Below are positions 60,356-64,000 of a stretch of 64,000 nucleotides of DNA, piece by piece. Position 1 is the first letter of the stretch, and the number at the start of each line of letters is the position of its first letter. The stretch covers positions 1,024,001-1,088,000 of the forward strand of contig CBDAOB010000004.1 in assembly GCA_965197905.1 (NCBI GenBank), read 5' to 3'. This DNA is from Candidatus Latescibacterota bacterium. Lineage in GTDB: Bacteria > Latescibacterota > UBA2968 > UBA8231. The notes beneath the pieces are model-generated. The model made no database searches. It was not told where the DNA came from and worked only from the letters and a program-made list of their open reading frames with translations. Both the position numbers and the translations under genes were made by a program.

Positions 60356-61192
60356 TCAGCAATCCAAGGACGGGCGTTCGAAGCGGCTTGCCTGGGAGGG
60401 TTCCAACGCTACATCCTGCTTCAAGCGAATAGGGGTAATGGAAACCTCGTCGCGCTCAAGGGCGGCGAGGTCCCCGTCAGGATTTGCGGCGCGCTCGAGC
60501 TGGATGGGGCCGTGCCGGAAATTGTTCGTCGCCTCCGCAGCTTCGAAGAAGGCGCCGTAGGTGCACGCCTCGAGGCCGGTAACGCGACGCCCGCATCGAG
60601 GTCCGATATCCAGAGGCATATTTACGTTGAGGAACGAGACGTCAGGCGGCAGTCCGGAACGCAGCAGTTCCTCGACGATCTCGAGCGTCACCTCTACTGC
60701 GCTTGCGGCGCGATCGGAAAACGTCGGGCTCAAAGGCTCGCGCCGACGCCAGCGGCCGTACTCGTCGGGATCGAGGCAGAGGGAAAACGCCGCCGCGGGG
60801 ATCCGGCTGAGCGCACATTCTGCCGCCGCGCCGACGGTACCAGAACTCATGAAGTAGGCCAGTCCCGCGTTCGTGCCCATGTTGATTCCGGAAACGGCGA
60901 GCATGGGGCAGCTGTCGAAGAGATTGTGAACGGCGATGTTGGCACAGTCGGCGGGATAACCCCCGTTCACCGTCCAGATCGGTATACCATCAATCTCGAC
61001 CTGCCGTGCTTTGAGGGTAGCGGATCGGGATAACATCTTACTCGTCCAGCTGCGTTCGTCGTTTGGCACGACTGCCCGCACTGCGGCGATCGCGGACAAT
61101 GCCCGGACCAGCGGAATCAAGGTTGGCGAATCCCGGCCATCGTCGTTGGTAACCAAGATCCATTGTTTACTACCCGATGTGTTCGAGGTCAC
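60356..61192 (-). CDS. surE: 5'/3'-nucleotidase SurE
   Basis: ILVTNDDG, G.PADC, SGINMGTN, SGTVGAA, LNVNMP, SITP. Confidence 0.93.
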   Translation of the reverse strand: MTSNTSGSKQWILVTNDDGRDSPTLIPLVRALSAIAAVRAVVPNDERSWTSKMLSRSATLKARQVEIDGIPIWTVNGGYPADCANIAVHNLFDSCPMLAVSGINMGTNAGLAYFMSSGTVGAAAECALSRIPAAAFSLCLDPDEYGRWRRREPLSPTFSDRAASAVEVTLEIVEELLRSGLPPDVSFLNVNMPLDIGPRCGRRVTGLEACTYGAFFEAAEATNNFRHGPIQLERAANPDGDLAALERDEVSITPIRLKQDVALEPSQASRFERPSLDC

Positions 61193-61311
61193 AGAAACAA
61201 CTCACGATTACGGATATTCTTGGAGTGTGCCGCCCTTCGCGACCAGCCGGGCCGCATATAATAACAAAATATTAGCTGTTCACGAACACGCGATTTGATT
61301 ATTTTTAGCGA

Positions 61312-61584
61312 ATGGATGACGTATCCGTTCTCCGGGAGCTGGAAAACCTGGCGGATGAGCTCGACTTAGAAATTCGTTACGAAACCATCGAGGGGAGTGG
61401 TGGTTTGTGTCGTGTTGGAGATAGACGATGCCTCATCCTGAACAGATCCTCGTCGCCGAACCAACTCGTTCGCGTACTCAGCCTGGCGCTGAGCCGCTTT
61501 CCCCTGGAAGATGTTTTCATCAACCCGCACGTGAGAGAGCTTCTGCAGGAGCGGGCGGGTCGGTCTCTCTTGAAGGCGTCGTAG
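61312..61584 (+). CDS. Conserved small hypothetical protein
   Basis: LE.LA..L..EIRYE...GGLCRV...ILN...LEDVFI.P.VRELL. Confidence 0.7.
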   Translation: MDDVSVLRELENLADELDLEIRYETIEGSGGLCRVGDRRCLILNRSSSPNQLVRVLSLALSRFPLEDVFINPHVRELLQERAGRSLLKAS

Positions 61585-61685
61585 TTTCTTCACGGAGCGA
61601 GACTGACCTCTCTGTTGACAGAGGAATTCTCTGCTGCGCCGCGCGCCCCCTTTCGCCTGAGAACCGCGAAGGAATCAAAAAGCCG

Positions 61686-64000
61686 ATGTTGCGCCCTTTG
61701 ATCTCATTGGCGGCGTTCTGCTGCCTGCTCGTCGCCCATCCCACGGATGCTCTGCGGTTCTACGTCGACGGTACGCCGGCGGTCAACGATACCACATCGC
61801 CTGTCGGCGACGACCGCCGCAGCGTCCAGAGTGCGCAGGTTTCTTCGACTCCGCTCAAAACCATAACCCAGGCCCTGAAGCTGGCACATCTGATCTCGGA
61901 AGGCCGTCCCCACGTCATCCAGATCGCGCCAGGCACCTATTCTCCAAGTCGGGGCGAGACGTTTCCGTTGGTGGTGACCGATCCGAACGTCTTCATGGAA
62001 ACGACGGGATTGACCGTTTTCGATGCCGAAGGCCTCACCAATCACCTCGAGATCACCGCCGCCACGCCCGATTTTCTTTTAAACGGAATCGACTTCGTAA
62101 ACGGCTTGTCTGACAGCGGCGGCGTCGTCCAGGCGAAAACCTGCTCGTTGCGGGTGGTAAACTGCCGCTTCTTCGATAACCGCGCGACCGCTGCGGGTCA
62201 CGTGATCTACTCGAAAGACGGCCGGCTTCGGTTCTTCAACAATGTTCTGCGCAACAACGGTGGTTTCGAGGACACCACAGCCGTCATCGAGATTCATCAC
62301 ACCTTCGCCGACACCAGCCAAAGGGACCAGATCCGGAACAATACGTTCTACCGGAATTCGGCGCCGGCGATCGAGTCGTCTGGAAATCGCACGGATATAA
62401 GCAACAACATCTTCCTCGATCCGGGCTCTCCCGCACTGCGCGATCTGTCTACGGCAGAGGATCCGCTGTTGCGCTACAATCTGTTTTGGGAAGCGAATGT
62501 ACTCTACATCTCCGACAAGTCGGACACCGTACAGATCGCCAAGGCCTCCTTCGACACCTTGCAGTTTTCCGAAGTGGGAATATCCGTACCGTCCTTCGTA
62601 ACCATAGCCCCGCCCGTCAAAACCCTGCTGGCGATTGTCGACACGGTTACTCTCGAAGAGTTGGGACTGCGAGTCCCAGCGTTTGTGACCAATGTTCCCG
62701 ACACCCTCGGCACGGTGAATCAAAACTACAGCTATACGATCTCGGTGTCGGGCGACTCCAGCCTGTACGGATTCAAAGGGGTCACTCTACCGTCGACCGT
62801 ATCGTCGCAAACCCTGGAGCAGAACCGGCGAATCGAATGGACTCCAACGCTCAACGACACCGGACGGACCCAGATCAAGGTCGAGATTACCGCCCCAGGA
62901 GGAGCCGTCGACACACTCGAGTATCCGGTGGCGGTTTTCACGGTGCCTAACTTTCCGGACACGACTGTCTTTATTCCGGTGTTGAACGATACGGGACGCA
63001 CTATCGGGATGGCGACCGAAGACATCCGTATCGAGGTGCCGCATACGGCGGGAGAGAGCTACAACTTCAGGATTGAGGTGGAGGGCAACCGATCGGCCTA
63101 CAACTTCAACCCGCTGATCCTGCCGGCGGGTGTCTCCAGCTCCGACGTTGACAATCTCGGAGAGATCAACTGGGCGACGACGCTTGCCGATACCGGCAGC
63201 AACCAGATTCAGGTGGAAATCATAGATCCCACCGGCAATCTCGGTACTTTGGACTACAAGGTGCGGGTGTTCTCGAGCGCGACCTTTCCCGATACCAGCC
63301 TGAAGGGGGATGTCATAACGGCGACGGTCGTTCAGGACACCACCAGTGCCATTAATTCGCTGAACGCTTTGATTCCCAGTTTCTCATCCGCAGCAAGTGC
63401 GGGGGGCAACCTTTTCGCCAATCCGGCCTTCCTCGACACCACCATCAACCGCTTCGAGCTGGTGGTGGGATCGCCGGCCATTGACGCTGGAAACCCCGTG
63501 GTTGCCGTTCAGGACGGGACTGTAAATCGGAACAACATTGGCAACGATGGCGGGCCCACCCATGCGGGTGCGCCGACTCCCGGCACCTTCTCCGAGCTAA
63601 AAGTCACCTCCCTGCCCGACAGCTTGGCTACGGAGGGCGTGGCCTACAACTTCGACGTGACCTTGGACCCCAGCACCAGCATCAATCTGGTCGACCTGCT
63701 TCAGGGGCCACCGACCATGGCAGCCGCGTTCGGCCAAAAACCTCCGATCCAATGGACACCAACCATAGCAGACACAGGCACGTTTCAGGTGGGAATCATC
63801 GTCTTCACCAACAGTGGCCAGGGACGGCAGTACTATCCGATTCGCGTTCGGCCCCTCAATAACAACCCGGTTATCGGCAGCAACCCCGATCTGTCCGCTT
63901 TCGAGGATTCGCTCTATACCTACTCACTGTCGGCCACCGACGCCAACGGAGACACCCTTTCCTTCTCCCTCGTCGACGGTCCCCAGGCAATGACGGTGGA
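61686..64000 (+). CDS. Large secreted surface protein: DUF1565/right-handed beta-helix plus cadherin/He_PIG-like Ig repeats (partial, runs off window)
   Basis: Manual translation, open to the end: signal peptide, PLKTITQAL...IAPGTYS...GETFPL, NNTF..N, GSPAIDAG, W.PT..DTG repeats, ATDANGDTLSFSLVDGP. Confidence 0.88.
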   Translation, partial: MLRPLISLAAFCCLLVAHPTDALRFYVDGTPAVNDTTSPVGDDRRSVQSAQVSSTPLKTITQALKLAHLISEGRPHVIQIAPGTYSPSRGETFPLVVTDPNVFMETTGLTVFDAEGLTNHLEITAATPDFLLNGIDFVNGLSDSGGVVQAKTCSLRVVNCRFFDNRATAAGHVIYSKDGRLRFFNNVLRNNGGFEDTTAVIEIHHTFADTSQRDQIRNNTFYRNSAPAIESSGNRTDISNNIFLDPGSPALRDLSTAEDPLLRYNLFWEANVLYISDKSDTVQIAKASFDTLQFSEVGISVPSFVTIAPPVKTLLAIVDTVTLEELGLRVPAFVTNVPDTLGTVNQNYSYTISVSGDSSLYGFKGVTLPSTVSSQTLEQNRRIEWTPTLNDTGRTQIKVEITAPGGAVDTLEYPVAVFTVPNFPDTTVFIPVLNDTGRTIGMATEDIRIEVPHTAGESYNFRIEVEGNRSAYNFNPLILPAGVSSSDVDNLGEINWATTLADTGSNQIQVEIIDPTGNLGTLDYKVRVFSSATFPDTSLKGDVITATVVQDTTSAINSLNALIPSFSSAASAGGNLFANPAFLDTTINRFELVVGSPAIDAGNPVVAVQDGTVNRNNIGNDGGPTHAGAPTPGTFSELKVTSLPDSLATEGVAYNFDVTLDPSTSINLVDLLQGPPTMAAAFGQKPPIQWTPTIADTGTFQVGIIVFTNSGQGRQYYPIRVRPLNNNPVIGSNPDLSAFEDSLYTYSLSATDANGDTLSFSLVDGPQAMTV

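Noticed and set aside
604..61033. Long antisense or overlapping ORFs (e.g. 604..1500, 6912..7958, 15169..16371, 37884..39041, 40037..41119, 48655..49836, 60107..61033)
   Set aside because: Typical high-GC shadows of well-supported genes, with no family motifs.

Overview
GC-rich bacterial chromosomal window. The gene style (many PhyH dioxygenases, BNR sialidase-like and GHL10-like hydrolases, DUF6785-like membrane proteins, D-S/T-rich secreted proteins) suggests an FCB-group candidate lineage such as Latescibacterota; this is inference only. The left half (1-30.8 kb) is accessory. It holds cytoplasmic catabolic enzymes, a signalling block (PAS kinase, REC-GAF, FapA, porin, PBP-like protein, hybrid kinase) and a decaying 20.4-30.8 kb zone of pseudogenes. 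That zone ends in a recombinase C-terminal remnant running into the 3' end of tRNA-Leu(TAA), next to tRNA-Cys(GCA). The right half is core: thyA, pheA, hslUV, a catalytically altered xerC, topA, map, nrdJ with NrdR boxes, nrdR, tonB-exbD-exbD-exbB-TPR, ECF sigma/anti-sigma, accD, a BamA/TamA-family gene, surE and a large beta-helix/Ig surface protein. The best candidate for an undescribed system is the three-gene membrane module at 48.7-57.0 kb: an M28 pseudo-peptidase/PA/MacB-FtsX fusion plus two OPT-like/DUF6785-like multi-pass proteins, with no ABC ATPase. It is co-oriented with a Ton motor cluster and divergent from an ECF sigma/anti-sigma pair. No CRISPR array, rRNA or intact mobile element was seen. 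All calls come from reading motifs by eye; no searches were run.
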